NCBI GenBank assembly: GCA_020632445.1
Contig: JACKFN010000002.1
Coordinates: 105,360-169,359, forward strand
From: Candidatus Nomurabacteria bacterium
Lineage (GTDB): Bacteria > Patescibacteriota > Patescibacteriia > Magasanikbacterales > UBA922
Direction of reading: 5' to 3'
Length of the DNA stretch: 64,000 nucleotides
The notes under the pieces: generated by a model
What the model was told of the DNA's origin: nothing
Databases searched by the model: none
What the model saw: only the letters and a program-made list of their open reading frames with translations
Part shown: piece after piece, positions 9,233-18,396 of the stretch
Layout: each line of letters begins with the position of its first letter
Position numbering within the stretch: the stretch's first letter is position 1
Program-made: the position numbers and the translations under genes

Positions 9233-10366
9233 TCATGTGGTCGCCCTTGAGTCTAAAGAAAGAAGATGCAAAAATTCTTGAACAAATACACCCCAAGAAT
9301 ATTCAACCTTATTTTCTTCATTATACCTTTTTTGCTGGTCTATTTGAAATGCAATCGCCTTTTCTATTTCGGTTACACTATATGGATCGACGAGTGATGC
9401 AAATTCATCGGCCACTTCTACCAAAGAACTGTTACTGCTGGTTACTACTGAAGTTCCTACGGACTGCGCCTCAAGTACGGGAAAACCAAATCCCTCATAA
9501 AAACTCGGATACACGAAAATTTCTGCCATCTGGTAGAGTGCAGGTTTGTCGCACGCATCAACGTAGCCAATAGGCATCACGTTTTGGGTGCTTTTCATTT
9601 TTTTGACAACACTTTTGTATTTCCATCCAAGAGTCCCGGCAATTACCAAAGTGTACTTTTCTTTTTGTGTACGATTCCATCTTTCAAACCCGTCAATCAC
9701 ACCTTCTATATTTTTTCGTGGTTCGATAGTGCCCAGAAAAAGTAAATACTTTTCTGGCAAGCTGTATTTTTTTCTCACCTCAAAAAATTTTTCCTCAGAT
9801 AACCCCCGTTTATATTCCAAAAATTCTTTGCCTACTCCCGGACGCAATGTATGTACGCGATCCTTTTTTATACCATACTGGTGAGTAACATCGCGTGACG
9901 TATTATGAGATGGCGTAATAACAAATGTTGCCTTTTTGCAGGCACGTCTTGGATGAAGAATCCAATGCCAAATACGACGTTTAATATTGTACCAGCTCGG
10001 ACACAGCTCATAAGACATATCATGCACGACCTGAACCCGCTTGCATCTACTCGAAACAGAGCTAAATCCGATATTGAGGGAGACAAAGTAATCAAGCTCC
10101 TGCTCAAAAAATCTATCTAACTTTATAATTCCAAACAATGTCAAAAAATTTAAAACCTTGCTTGGTAGCCCTACATACCGATAGGTGACATTACGCTGTT
10201 TCCAGAGTTCTATCTTTGATCTATCAACTTTCCGCCTCCCATAAAACAAAAAATACTGATTTTTATGATCAGTATGCAAAATGGCATCAAGAAATTCATA
10301 GGTAAATTCACCCACTCCAGTCCGCGGGCTGTCCAGCAGTGGACGAATGTCAATGCCAATGTTCAT
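9233..10366 (-). CDS. Glycosyltransferase family 4
   Basis: 377 aa. Carries the motif EGFGFPVLEAQSVGTSVVTS. Has a GT-B fold pattern. Confidence 0.85.
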   Translation of the reverse strand: MNIGIDIRPLLDSPRTGVGEFTYEFLDAILHTDHKNQYFLFYGRRKVDRSKIELWKQRNVTYRYVGLPSKVLNFLTLFGIIKLDRFFEQELDYFVSLNIGFSSVSSRCKRVQVVHDMSYELCPSWYNIKRRIWHWILHPRRACKKATFVITPSHNTSRDVTHQYGIKKDRVHTLRPGVGKEFLEYKRGLSEEKFFEVRKKYSLPEKYLLFLGTIEPRKNIEGVIDGFERWNRTQKEKYTLVIAGTLGWKYKSVVKKMKSTQNVMPIGYVDACDKPALYQMAEIFVYPSFYEGFGFPVLEAQSVGTSVVTSSNSSLVEVADEFASLVDPYSVTEIEKAIAFQIDQQKRYNEENKVEYSWGVFVQEFLHLLSLDSRATT

Positions 10367-10375
10367 AATTTTTTC

Positions 10376-11479
10376 TTAACGCATTTTTGATGCCTCAAAC
10401 TTTCCCTGAATAAGTCCAAATACCTCCTTTTCAAACCGTCTGATATCAAACTGCTTGGCATGGTGCGCAATTTGGTGCCTATCAAAATCTTTGTGAGGAA
10501 AACGACGCAGGAGCAAATCAAAAAGCGTTTCCCATGTTTGTTCTTCAAACAAAAGTCCTGTTTGTCCATCAATAACCGTTTCTGTTGCACCACCCTTCCC
10601 ATACGCAATGACCGGGCAACCACTAGCCATAGCCTCTACAGGAGTGATTCCAAAATCCTCAAGCTGCGGGTGAATAAATGCCTTCGCCTTGGAAAGAAGT
10701 TCAATCTTTTCTTTTTCAGAAACCTTTCCCAAAAATTCTATATTACTCTTGGCGGACTTTTTGATATCATCCCACCAGCCAGGTCCAGTACCAAAAATTT
10801 TCAGCTTCCAACCAAGCCTATTAAATACCTGAATAACCAAATCAAATCGTTTGTATGCTGCGAGTCTTCCTCCGGTAATAAAGTAGTCCCCCACCTCATC
10901 GCTGACATAGTACTGACTCGTATCAACCGGCGGATAGACGACCAAAGCATCACGCTTGTAGTATTTTTGGATCCGATTTTTAACAGTATTGGAGTTAGCC
11001 AAAAAATGATCAACACGGTCTACGCTCATACGATCCCACATGCGTAGTTTATGGATGAGTCTTGGAAGGAGAATTTTTACCAAGGCATTATACTTGAGAT
11101 CACGAATATATTCGTGTGTATCGGTCCACAAAAAACGCGTCGGCGTATGGCAATAACAGATATGAATGGCTCCAGGATCTGTAAGCACACCTTTGGCAAA
11201 AGCGCTCGTAGAAGAAAGCACCACATCAAACCCACGCAAATCGTAGTGTTCTGTCGCCAGAGGCATCAGTGGCAAATACCACTGATAATGTGATCTTGAA
11301 AATGGAAAATTTTTGAGAAATGATTCACGAATTTGCGCATTTTGAAAACTTCCAATCTTATCTGGATCATGAAACAAAACATAGATTGGCGCGTTTGGCC
11401 AAATATTGTGAAACGCTTCTACCACTCTTTCTGCCCCACCATCTTGAGCGAGATAATCATGCACCAGTGCAATTTTCAT
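10376..11479 (-). CDS. Glycosyltransferase family 4 (group 1)
   Basis: 367 aa. The N-terminus is MKIALVHDYLAQDGGAERVV and the C-terminus reads EDFGITPVEAMASGCPVIA. Confidence 0.85.
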   Translation of the reverse strand: MKIALVHDYLAQDGGAERVVEAFHNIWPNAPIYVLFHDPDKIGSFQNAQIRESFLKNFPFSRSHYQWYLPLMPLATEHYDLRGFDVVLSSTSAFAKGVLTDPGAIHICYCHTPTRFLWTDTHEYIRDLKYNALVKILLPRLIHKLRMWDRMSVDRVDHFLANSNTVKNRIQKYYKRDALVVYPPVDTSQYYVSDEVGDYFITGGRLAAYKRFDLVIQVFNRLGWKLKIFGTGPGWWDDIKKSAKSNIEFLGKVSEKEKIELLSKAKAFIHPQLEDFGITPVEAMASGCPVIAYGKGGATETVIDGQTGLLFEEQTWETLFDLLLRRFPHKDFDRHQIAHHAKQFDIRRFEKEVFGLIQGKFEASKMR

Positions 11480-11485
11480 AGCCTA

Positions 11486-12904
11486 CTATTCTGCCTTTCT
11501 TTTCTTAAACAATATAAAGGGGGTTTTGATAAATACAATGGCATCAAGGGCCAAAGACCAATTCTCAATGTAAAAAATATCCAAATTTGCTTCTTCGTCA
11601 TATGACAAATCACTTCGACCAGAAATCTGTGCAAGCCCCGTAACCCCTGGTGGTATAGAAAGCACCTTCATATGACCAGTGGTATACCCCTTAACCTCTC
11701 GTGGTTGATGCGGACGTGGTCCGACCATACTCATATCACCGATAAACACATTGAGGAACTGTGGAAGCTCGTCGATACTCCACCTACGGATGAACCGACC
11801 AAATGGCGTAATGCGTGGATCATTTTCTACCTTATAAATAGGACCCTTTCTGCTACTTTGCTTCTTTATCAGCTCTGCTTCTTTCTCGAGCGCCTTTTTA
11901 CCTGACTCCCCATACTGCTCTCCAGTACAATCCTGCTGATACATAGAGCGAAATTTGTACAGATAAAACTTTCTTCCACTATGCCCTATACGCTCATTTT
12001 TGTAAATGATTGGTCCACCAGTCTCAAAAAAAATGATCAATGCGGTAAGAAGCATTATGGGACTCGTCACAACCATCAAAATAAGGCTTCCAATGAGATC
12101 AAAGATACGTTTGAGTACCATCCACCAACCTTCCAGACGAGTTTTTTTGATCTCTACAATAGGGACACCAGCAATTGGAGCCACAGCAATGTTGGTGGCA
12201 TAGGTAGAAAACAAATCAGCAAAATACTTAAAGGTTATTTGGTGTTGATTACAATAGTCGAGCAAACTCAATGTCTGTTTTTGCGATGCGTGTGGAGCTG
12301 AAAGGACGATTTCATCAATCAATTCTGTCTCGTATTTTTTCAAATCAGTAAGGCTAAATGACGGAAGTGTACCAATAACTTTATATCCAAGCTCGGGGCG
12401 CTTATCAAGTTCTTGTTTGAGTTGATGCGTAAGATCATTGTCCCCAATGATAAGCACATTGCGCAGTCCTATGCCCGCACGATATACCAGCGACTTAAGT
12501 CCACGAATAACAAGTCGTCCCAAGAAAACATACACTACCGCAAATACCCATGCAGCTGCGGCAATGAAACGAGAATCAAAAAGTTGTTGGGTAAACATCA
12601 AAAAAGTTGCTACGATGGCAAGACCCGCGAGGTTAGCAATAAAAATTCTAATCACATCTGAACCAAGCTTTCTGTTTGGATCAATGCTGTACAGTCCGGA
12701 AAGGATGAACACAAACATCCAAACAAAGATAATTGGTAAAATAATATCGAGGAATTGCCCAACGCTCATTTGGAACAAAACAGGTTTTAGCCCAATCGCC
12801 CAGTCAGAAAACCGAAGATAGTACGCACAAATCGCTGCCAGCAATAACATAAAGAAATCCAGTGGGAGCTGGACAACCATAAAAAACATCTGTGTTCTTT
12901 TCAT
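11486..12904 (-). CDS. Polyprenyl-phosphate sugar phosphotransferase (WbaP / bacterial sugar transferase family), the initiating enzyme of the glycan locus
   Basis: 472 aa. It has an N-terminal multi-TM region. The C-terminal catalytic domain reads KRIFDLIGSLILMVVTSPIMLL...GPRPHQPREV...PGVTGLAQISGRSDLSYDEEANLD. Confidence 0.9.
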   Translation of the reverse strand: MKRTQMFFMVVQLPLDFFMLLLAAICAYYLRFSDWAIGLKPVLFQMSVGQFLDIILPIIFVWMFVFILSGLYSIDPNRKLGSDVIRIFIANLAGLAIVATFLMFTQQLFDSRFIAAAAWVFAVVYVFLGRLVIRGLKSLVYRAGIGLRNVLIIGDNDLTHQLKQELDKRPELGYKVIGTLPSFSLTDLKKYETELIDEIVLSAPHASQKQTLSLLDYCNQHQITFKYFADLFSTYATNIAVAPIAGVPIVEIKKTRLEGWWMVLKRIFDLIGSLILMVVTSPIMLLTALIIFFETGGPIIYKNERIGHSGRKFYLYKFRSMYQQDCTGEQYGESGKKALEKEAELIKKQSSRKGPIYKVENDPRITPFGRFIRRWSIDELPQFLNVFIGDMSMVGPRPHQPREVKGYTTGHMKVLSIPPGVTGLAQISGRSDLSYDEEANLDIFYIENWSLALDAIVFIKTPFILFKKRKAE

Positions 12905-12959
12905 AGTTTACTATGAGGTATATAGGTTATTTTAGACAAAAAAAGTGTGAAAGTCAAAC

Positions 12960-12988
12960 TTGACAAATCCTTGTTTTTATGCTATGAT
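12960..12988 (+). promoter_or_regulatory. Consensus sigma70 promoter TTGACA-17-TATGAT driving rnpB
   Basis: TTGACA is at 12960-12965 and TATGAT at 12983-12988. The predicted transcription start (~12996) coincides with the P1 helix start of the RNase P RNA. Confidence 0.6.
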
Positions 12989-12995
12989 CTCCTCT

Positions 12996-13425
12996 GTATC
13001 TATCAAGATGATCGCTTGCCGACTTGTCGGCAAGAGGAAAGTCCGAACTCTCGCTGATTTTTTCAGCAGCACAAGAGTGGGTAACGCCCACCCAGTCCGC
13101 CTCAGGTGTACTGAGGGAAAGTGCCACAGAGACAATACTATCCCGACATCGTCGGGAAAAAGGTGAAAAGTTTGAAGGTGTTTTGATACCAGTAGGATAT
13201 CCCTCGTATCAAAGCTACTTCATTCGCTGTATGGTGACATACATGCGTGGTAAACCCTCTTGGAGAGAAAGAGCAGAGCGTCTTTGGACGTAAAAAGTTA
13301 GCTCGTTAGAGACTGCTGGCAACAGCAGCCGTAGAGAAATGATCATCATCCTGACTTCATGTACAACCGACTTCGGTGGACACATGACATACGGAATACA
13401 AAATTCGGCTTATAAAATAGATACC
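12996..13425 (+). ncRNA. rnpB: RNase P RNA, bacterial type A
   Basis: Conserved blocks are present: GAGGAAAGTCCG (P4 5' strand), GGTAACGCC, GTGCCACAGAGACAA (cf. GUGCAACAGAGAGCAAA), GGTGAAA, GGTAAACCC, TAGAGAAATGA, and the 3' ACAAAATTCGGCTTATA (cf. ACAGAACCCGGCUUAU). The P1 pairing GTATCTAT/ATAGATAC defines the ends. Confidence 0.85.
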
Positions 13426-13452
13426 AAAAATCCGGCTTTAGCCGGATTTTTT
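13426..13452. terminator. Bidirectional rho-independent terminator shared by rnpB (+) and the convergent tRNA-Leu (-)
   Basis: AAAAATCCGGC-ttta-GCCGGATTTTTT, with A/T runs on both sides. Confidence 0.6.
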
Positions 13453-13454
13453 CG

Positions 13455-13540
13455 TGCGCGAGAGAGGACTTGAACCTCCACGTGAAAAACATCACACTAG
13501 GCCCTCAACCTAGCCTGTCTACCAGTTCCAGCACTCGCGC
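13455..13540 (-). tRNA. tRNA-Leu (anticodon GAG), class II with a long variable arm
   Basis: Manual fold of the reverse strand gives acceptor GCGCGAG/CTCGCGC, D-arm CTG-GAACTGGTAGA-CAG, anticodon stem CTAGG/CCTAG with loop TTGAGGG, variable arm TGTGATGTTTTTCACG, T-arm GGAGG-TTCAAGT-CCTCT, and discriminator A. The upstream promoter is TTGACT-17-TACTAT on the minus strand. Confidence 0.85.
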
Positions 13541-13619
13541 TTATATTTTTGCTAACCCCACAATAGTACAAAAAAACACCCGAAAAGTCAAGTGTTTACC
13601 ACATATCTTCCAAAGAAAG

Positions 13620-14381
13620 CTAAAACCTTCTGTCTTTCCCCACAACCATAGCTATCCGACTTTTTGCCAGACGAATAGTGAGTTTCGTTTCCTTAGACTG
13701 CTTTCCATCGGCTTCAACAAGAAACGGTTTTTTTCCACGAACCACCATTTCTTCAAAAGGAAAAACACTTGGCTCCTCATAAATATCCTTAAAAACCCCC
13801 CTACGAGCAAGAGGTCGTATAAATGCCTCCAACTTTCCATCTTGAGGGTGAACGGCTTGTTTTGTCCCATTTTTATTCTTGAAATAAAATGGCTGCAAAT
13901 TACAAACTACGAGCTCCATTTTCTTGTTTACGGCAAATACAGAAAAACTGTCATCATATTCGATGGAGACATCATGTGGAAATACGTGAAGTTGGGATAC
14001 AAAATATCTATTGTTGACCCATCCAACATCCAACCGCACAACCCTCCGCCGTGACAACACATCACACGATTCTACCCCCTCAGGAATGCCCAAAACCTGC
14101 GCAATGGTATTTCCATTGCCCATGGGGAGAAAACCAAAAGTAACATCACATGTCGCCCCGCGGGAAAGTACATGGCCAAACGTGGCGTCGTTCCCAACAA
14201 TAACAACCGTGGTGGCACCACGGCGCATTTCCTCATCTATAATATGCTTGGTATTGCTAAAACTTTGCAGACGAATAATTTTTCCTGCAATTTCATAGTC
14301 AGTCAGGCGTGTCTCAATAGCCTTGAGAGCTGAGTCATACTTTTTCTGACGCAAAAAATTGTCATACAAGTAGACATACAT
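13620..14381 (-). CDS. Diacylglycerol-kinase catalytic-domain lipid kinase (YegS/BmrU-like)
   Basis: 253 aa. VVIVGNDATFGHVLS...TFGFLPMGNGNTIAQ corresponds to the GGDGT...PLGIIPLGTGNDFAR motifs of the DAGK_cat family. Confidence 0.65.
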   Translation of the reverse strand: MYVYLYDNFLRQKKYDSALKAIETRLTDYEIAGKIIRLQSFSNTKHIIDEEMRRGATTVVIVGNDATFGHVLSRGATCDVTFGFLPMGNGNTIAQVLGIPEGVESCDVLSRRRVVRLDVGWVNNRYFVSQLHVFPHDVSIEYDDSFSVFAVNKKMELVVCNLQPFYFKNKNGTKQAVHPQDGKLEAFIRPLARRGVFKDIYEEPSVFPFEEMVVRGKKPFLVEADGKQSKETKLTIRLAKSRIAMVVGKDRRF

Positions 14382-14389
14382 AATGACAC

Positions 14390-14869
14390 TTACTCAACGG
14401 TCTGCTGAGAATCATCTTCCTCCATACTCGCCGTTGACTTGAGCCTTGAGCGTACAGAACGCTTTTTTTCCGAGGAAGCTCCTTCAATCGAAATCCCAGC
14501 CATGTTCAATTTCCCCTGAATAAGCGCACCAGGGGACACAACCAGCACCTTGCAGGTAATGTCTCCGAGTACCTGCGCTGATTCCGTAAGCTCAAGTCGG
14601 TCAGAAACCTTTATGTTTCCTTTTATATGTCCTGAGATAACAGCGTCTCCGGCTTTTACATTAGCAAAAATCTTTGCACCATCTTCTACCGTAAGCAATC
14701 GACTCGTAGTCACATTTCCAGAAACAGTTCCCTTTACGAGGATGTTTCCTTCAGAGGCAAAGTCACCTTCGACATGAACCGATGGCCCAACGACGGTTTC
14801 AACCGTATCTGGCTCCTGGCTTTGTACTTGCCGTGATTGAAGAGATAAGTCTTGGTTTTTTGGAAACAT
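14390..14869 (-). CDS. Bactofilin (CcmA-like cytoskeletal polymer)
   Basis: 159 aa. It has beta-helical repeats of the G.V.G.I type (VKGTVSGNVTTS...AKIFANVKAGDAVISGHIKGNIKV) characteristic of DUF583/bactofilin. Confidence 0.8.
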   Translation of the reverse strand: MFPKNQDLSLQSRQVQSQEPDTVETVVGPSVHVEGDFASEGNILVKGTVSGNVTTSRLLTVEDGAKIFANVKAGDAVISGHIKGNIKVSDRLELTESAQVLGDITCKVLVVSPGALIQGKLNMAGISIEGASSEKKRSVRSRLKSTASMEEDDSQQTVE

Positions 14870-14984
14870 ATATACGTTGCTAATGTGAAAGCAATAACTT
14901 TCTACTATTTATTGATTGAGGTGTGAGAATAAAATTCTGCATCTTCAGTATACAAAAAAAATCAATTTGAGACAATTCTGAATA

Positions 14985-16718
14985 CTATTCTTTCGTATCA
15001 GATGATAACTCCTCCGGCCGATCACTATATTGATTTATAATATCTTGTCCAAACTTCGCCTGTTCATCTTTGAACTCTACGGTCTGTTCATCCGGACCTT
15101 CTAACGGCACCTCGAAACCAAACTCACTTCCTTTGCCGAGTCCAGGACTCTTTGCCCATACTTGCCCACCATGTGCTTCAATAAACTTACGACATACATA
15201 GATACCAAGTCCAGTCCCATTTACATTCGTACCCTCAACGTTCTTACCACGATAAAATTTTTGAAAAAAATTCCCTTTGTCTTCTTTGTTAAATCCAAAA
15301 CCTTCATCTTTGACGCGGACAACTACCTTTCCTGACTTTTTTTCAAGTATGATCTTGATGACCCCCTTATCACTATATTTGATAGCATTATCAATGAAGT
15401 TAAAAACCACATGTCGAATTTTTTCAGAATCCATCATAACCTTGACCGAAGCGGTCTTTGAGGGTTTCCAATCAATTTTGAGCCCCTTTTGACTAGCCCT
15501 GTCTATGAGTTCTTTGTAACAACTTGTAATAACCTCATTCATACTTCCTTTTGCAAACGAAAATTTTGTTCTTCCTTGCTCGATTCGAGTGATATCCAAA
15601 AATTCATCTACAAGTTTTACCAGACGTTCGTTACTCTCATCCATTTCGTCCAAAATTCCCTTGGTTTTTTTTGTGACTTTTCCAAAAGCCCCATCAGAAA
15701 TGAGTTCTATATATCCCTTGATGATCGAAAGCGGCGTTCGCAGCTGATGTGAGGCAATAGAAAGAAATTCAGTTTTGGTCCTATCAAGTTCTTGAAGCTT
15801 TTCATTTGCAACCTCTAACGATTTGGCCATGTGCTCAATTTGCTCCTTCTGATTTACTTCACGAACAACTGAGCGCACGATCACATACCCAAGTCCAGCA
15901 GCAAGAACAAATGCTGAACCTTTCAAAATGAGCTGTGTGAGTGTATCGACAAACAATACGTCAATCCCAAATAAGATAACCATTGCCACAACGGCAAGCT
16001 CAGTAAGTAAAGCCTTCATACTCATGAGCTGATACTTGGCAATTGAATACGAAACGGTTAATACCAAAATGAAGGTAAATACGGGACCAAGATGAATGAA
16101 GTGATAATTATGAAAGAAAGGGGATGGAAGAATGATGTTGAAATATCCACCGCATAAGACAATCCCAATCATGGTCGCAAAAATAATCTTTGCTTGTTTG
16201 CGAAGCACTTCGTTAGTGTCTTTGAGACTAAGTGCAAACAAAATTAACCCCCCCAAATAATACGCAGAGAAAAACGCAGTGAACAACCACCATCCAATAG
16301 GCTTAAGGTCAACTGAACGAGTACCATCAGGAAGAATAAATGCATCTCCCACTATAAAATCTGGGATAAAAAGCAGATAAGAAACAATGATAAAAAGGAC
16401 AAAACTTCCGATGTTGTAATTCAAAACGTTCGATCGTTTGTGTGGGAATACATGTACAAAGAACCACACATTCATGGCAATAAATAGCCCAGAAACATAT
16501 ATGGCTCGCATGTAGACGCTTGCCACCTCAAGTGGTGCATTTCTAAATGTAAGCAAAAGAAAAATCCATGCAGAAAGTGACAGGGCAAATGTGGTAAAAA
16601 CAATGTTGATTGAGTTTTTTGGGTCATTCGAGAGTATGAAAAACGCAAGCATGGCATTAAAGAATCCCAAAAAAATCAATAAGTAGTCGGGAAACGAAAG
16701 AAAAAATAACATAGACAT
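14985..16718 (-). CDS. Sensor histidine kinase with a multi-TM N-terminal sensor
   Basis: 577 aa, with about 8 N-terminal TM helices. The H-box is EFLSIASHQLRTPLS. The HATPase_c N/G boxes include GTGLGIYVCRKFIEAHGG. No response regulator is adjacent. Confidence 0.85.
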   Translation of the reverse strand: MSMLFFLSFPDYLLIFLGFFNAMLAFFILSNDPKNSINIVFTTFALSLSAWIFLLLTFRNAPLEVASVYMRAIYVSGLFIAMNVWFFVHVFPHKRSNVLNYNIGSFVLFIIVSYLLFIPDFIVGDAFILPDGTRSVDLKPIGWWLFTAFFSAYYLGGLILFALSLKDTNEVLRKQAKIIFATMIGIVLCGGYFNIILPSPFFHNYHFIHLGPVFTFILVLTVSYSIAKYQLMSMKALLTELAVVAMVILFGIDVLFVDTLTQLILKGSAFVLAAGLGYVIVRSVVREVNQKEQIEHMAKSLEVANEKLQELDRTKTEFLSIASHQLRTPLSIIKGYIELISDGAFGKVTKKTKGILDEMDESNERLVKLVDEFLDITRIEQGRTKFSFAKGSMNEVITSCYKELIDRASQKGLKIDWKPSKTASVKVMMDSEKIRHVVFNFIDNAIKYSDKGVIKIILEKKSGKVVVRVKDEGFGFNKEDKGNFFQKFYRGKNVEGTNVNGTGLGIYVCRKFIEAHGGQVWAKSPGLGKGSEFGFEVPLEGPDEQTVEFKDEQAKFGQDIINQYSDRPEELSSDTKE

Positions 16719-16857
16719 GCAATAAAAAAATCGGCTCGTACTCTACTACAAATATTTCTCATAGTATAGCACAAACCGACAAAAAGAGGGATGCACGGCC
16801 GCGTGTCAGTGGGAAAATTCACGCGGCATGCTATTGGGTGGGATATATTGTGTGAGA

Positions 16858-18177
16858 TCAAGCGTCGCGCGGAAGGTAGATCATACCGGAGTTGGCCAGC
16901 TGTGCGCCATATCCGGCGCCAATCACCAGCTGCCCGATCAGGTCACCAGGCTGGACAAGTCTCATCTCAATGGCACGACTGATCACGATGCCCGTTGACG
17001 GGCACACGGTGTTGCCGATGTCAGGCGTGCGAAGTGTACGATCGAGCATATCCAGCATATCGGCCAGCTCCCGCACCAACTTGAAGTTGGCCTGGTGAAT
17101 CGCGATCAGCATGAACTCCGTGATAGACTCCACACCCCACATCCGCGTGAGCATCTCGGCGTTGTCCATCATCGCACGGAAGAAGACCTCGGCCACGACG
17201 CCGGCGTTCATGGTGTACCGCGCATCCTGCCAGTTGCCGGCGTAGAGCGGGAAATCCGAACCACCTGCCATGAAGTCGACCAGCTCGATCGGCAGCGACG
17301 ACTCGCAGGACGTAAGACGCCCCTGACCACACCGCTCGAAGATAAGCGCCGAACCACCATCCGCGAAGAACCACGGCGTAGCCGCAGCCCACGGATGAGG
17401 ATGTTCGTTGGCCGTTCGCGTGATGTCGGGGTGCATGGCGGAGCCCGATGTGGAGTTGGTCCCCACGACGACACCCAGCTGAAGTCCTTCATGGGCCTTC
17501 ATGAACGTAGCCATCTCGTTAATGGCCGCACCCAATCCAGCACACCCGAAGTTCATGTGACGAACGATCCATCGACTCCGGCTGAGCCCGAGGATGTTCA
17601 TAGCCGCGCCGATGAGCCCACCGAGGTTGGTCCTCCCAGTGGTGCTCACGAAAACCATCACACCATTGCTCGTCCGCGCTTCATCGAGCGAGATGCCGGC
17701 CTGGTGAAAGGCACGAACCACGGCGAGCACAGCGTAGTGAAGGTCCGTCATGTGGTCCACGAGCGGCACGAGCGCCTGACGATGGGTCGGGAACGTCGCG
17801 CGCTCCCTCATGCCATGTCTGCGCTGGAGCTCCAGGATGCGGTCACGGAACTCCACGAGCTCGGGGTTCGGTTCGTCGGGATCACCCATGATCGGGAACC
17901 CCGTCACCAGACACCTCCCCTTCTCGTCGGTGTAGCCCGCCTCGTGGGAATCGAGAAACCGCACATGGCCCTGTCTGTCGATCTTGACCGCCGCGCTCGA
18001 ACCTTCGGCCTCGGTCATGCCGTAGAAGTCTTGGGCGGACATGAGGCCACCGCTGGGCTTGTTCCAAGGGAACCCACGAGCAATGTCCTCGTAGGTCACC
18101 TGCTGTCGACCGACATCAGAGGCGGCACGCAGCACCACCCCCATAACTTCCACTGCGTTGATGGTGTTGCTGGACAT
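16858..18177 (-). CDS. FabH-like (KAS III-type) thiolase-fold condensing enzyme with a ~150 aa N-terminal extension, encoded on a high-GC island
   Basis: The catalytic triad context is conserved: NFGCAGLGAAI (Cys; cf. AAACAGF), IAIHQANFKLV (His; cf. VPHQANLRI) and DIGNTVCPSTG (Asn; cf. HGNTSAAS). The C-terminus LVIGAGYG matches the FabH end. GC3 is strongly elevated relative to the rest of the window. The start was chosen at ATG 18175-18177, which is preceded by the RBS GGCGGAGGGT, rather than the TTG at 18207. Confidence 0.7.
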   Translation of the reverse strand: MSSNTINAVEVMGVVLRAASDVGRQQVTYEDIARGFPWNKPSGGLMSAQDFYGMTEAEGSSAAVKIDRQGHVRFLDSHEAGYTDEKGRCLVTGFPIMGDPDEPNPELVEFRDRILELQRRHGMRERATFPTHRQALVPLVDHMTDLHYAVLAVVRAFHQAGISLDEARTSNGVMVFVSTTGRTNLGGLIGAAMNILGLSRSRWIVRHMNFGCAGLGAAINEMATFMKAHEGLQLGVVVGTNSTSGSAMHPDITRTANEHPHPWAAATPWFFADGGSALIFERCGQGRLTSCESSLPIELVDFMAGGSDFPLYAGNWQDARYTMNAGVVAEVFFRAMMDNAEMLTRMWGVESITEFMLIAIHQANFKLVRELADMLDMLDRTLRTPDIGNTVCPSTGIVISRAIEMRLVQPGDLIGQLVIGAGYGAQLANSGMIYLPRDA

Positions 18178-18396
18178 CTGACCCTCCGCCTTGATCTCGT
18201 GTTTCAAAACTCAGAATCTACAGCACCACCTGGCACTGGGATCCCGATGTATACGATGCATCCTAGCTTTCGTACACATTACTCTTGAGTTACTACTCAC
18301 CAAAGAATAATGTAAACAAAAACAGTCCTCGCCGGACATTCTATTCTATAGAGTAAAAAAAATCGCCGACAGGCCCCCTTTTTCAATTGAAACTCA

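Noticed and set aside
17095-18288. 397 aa plus-strand ORF (MNRDQHELRDRLHTPHP...) antisense to the FabH-like gene, plus several other 60-120 aa ORFs in islands 1-3 (e.g. 17021..17392, 26194..26553, 26394..26720, 32862..33338)
   Set aside because: High-GC DNA yields long stop-free antisense frames. Their products are Arg/Pro/His-rich and low-complexity, with no RBS. The opposite-strand genes have conserved catalytic motifs or proper translation signals.
18320-18385. Imperfect direct repeat CGCCGGACA / CGCCGACAGG to the right of island 1, considered as att-like ends
   Set aside because: Both copies are on the same side of the island and are short and imperfect. There is no integrase or recombinase gene anywhere in the window.
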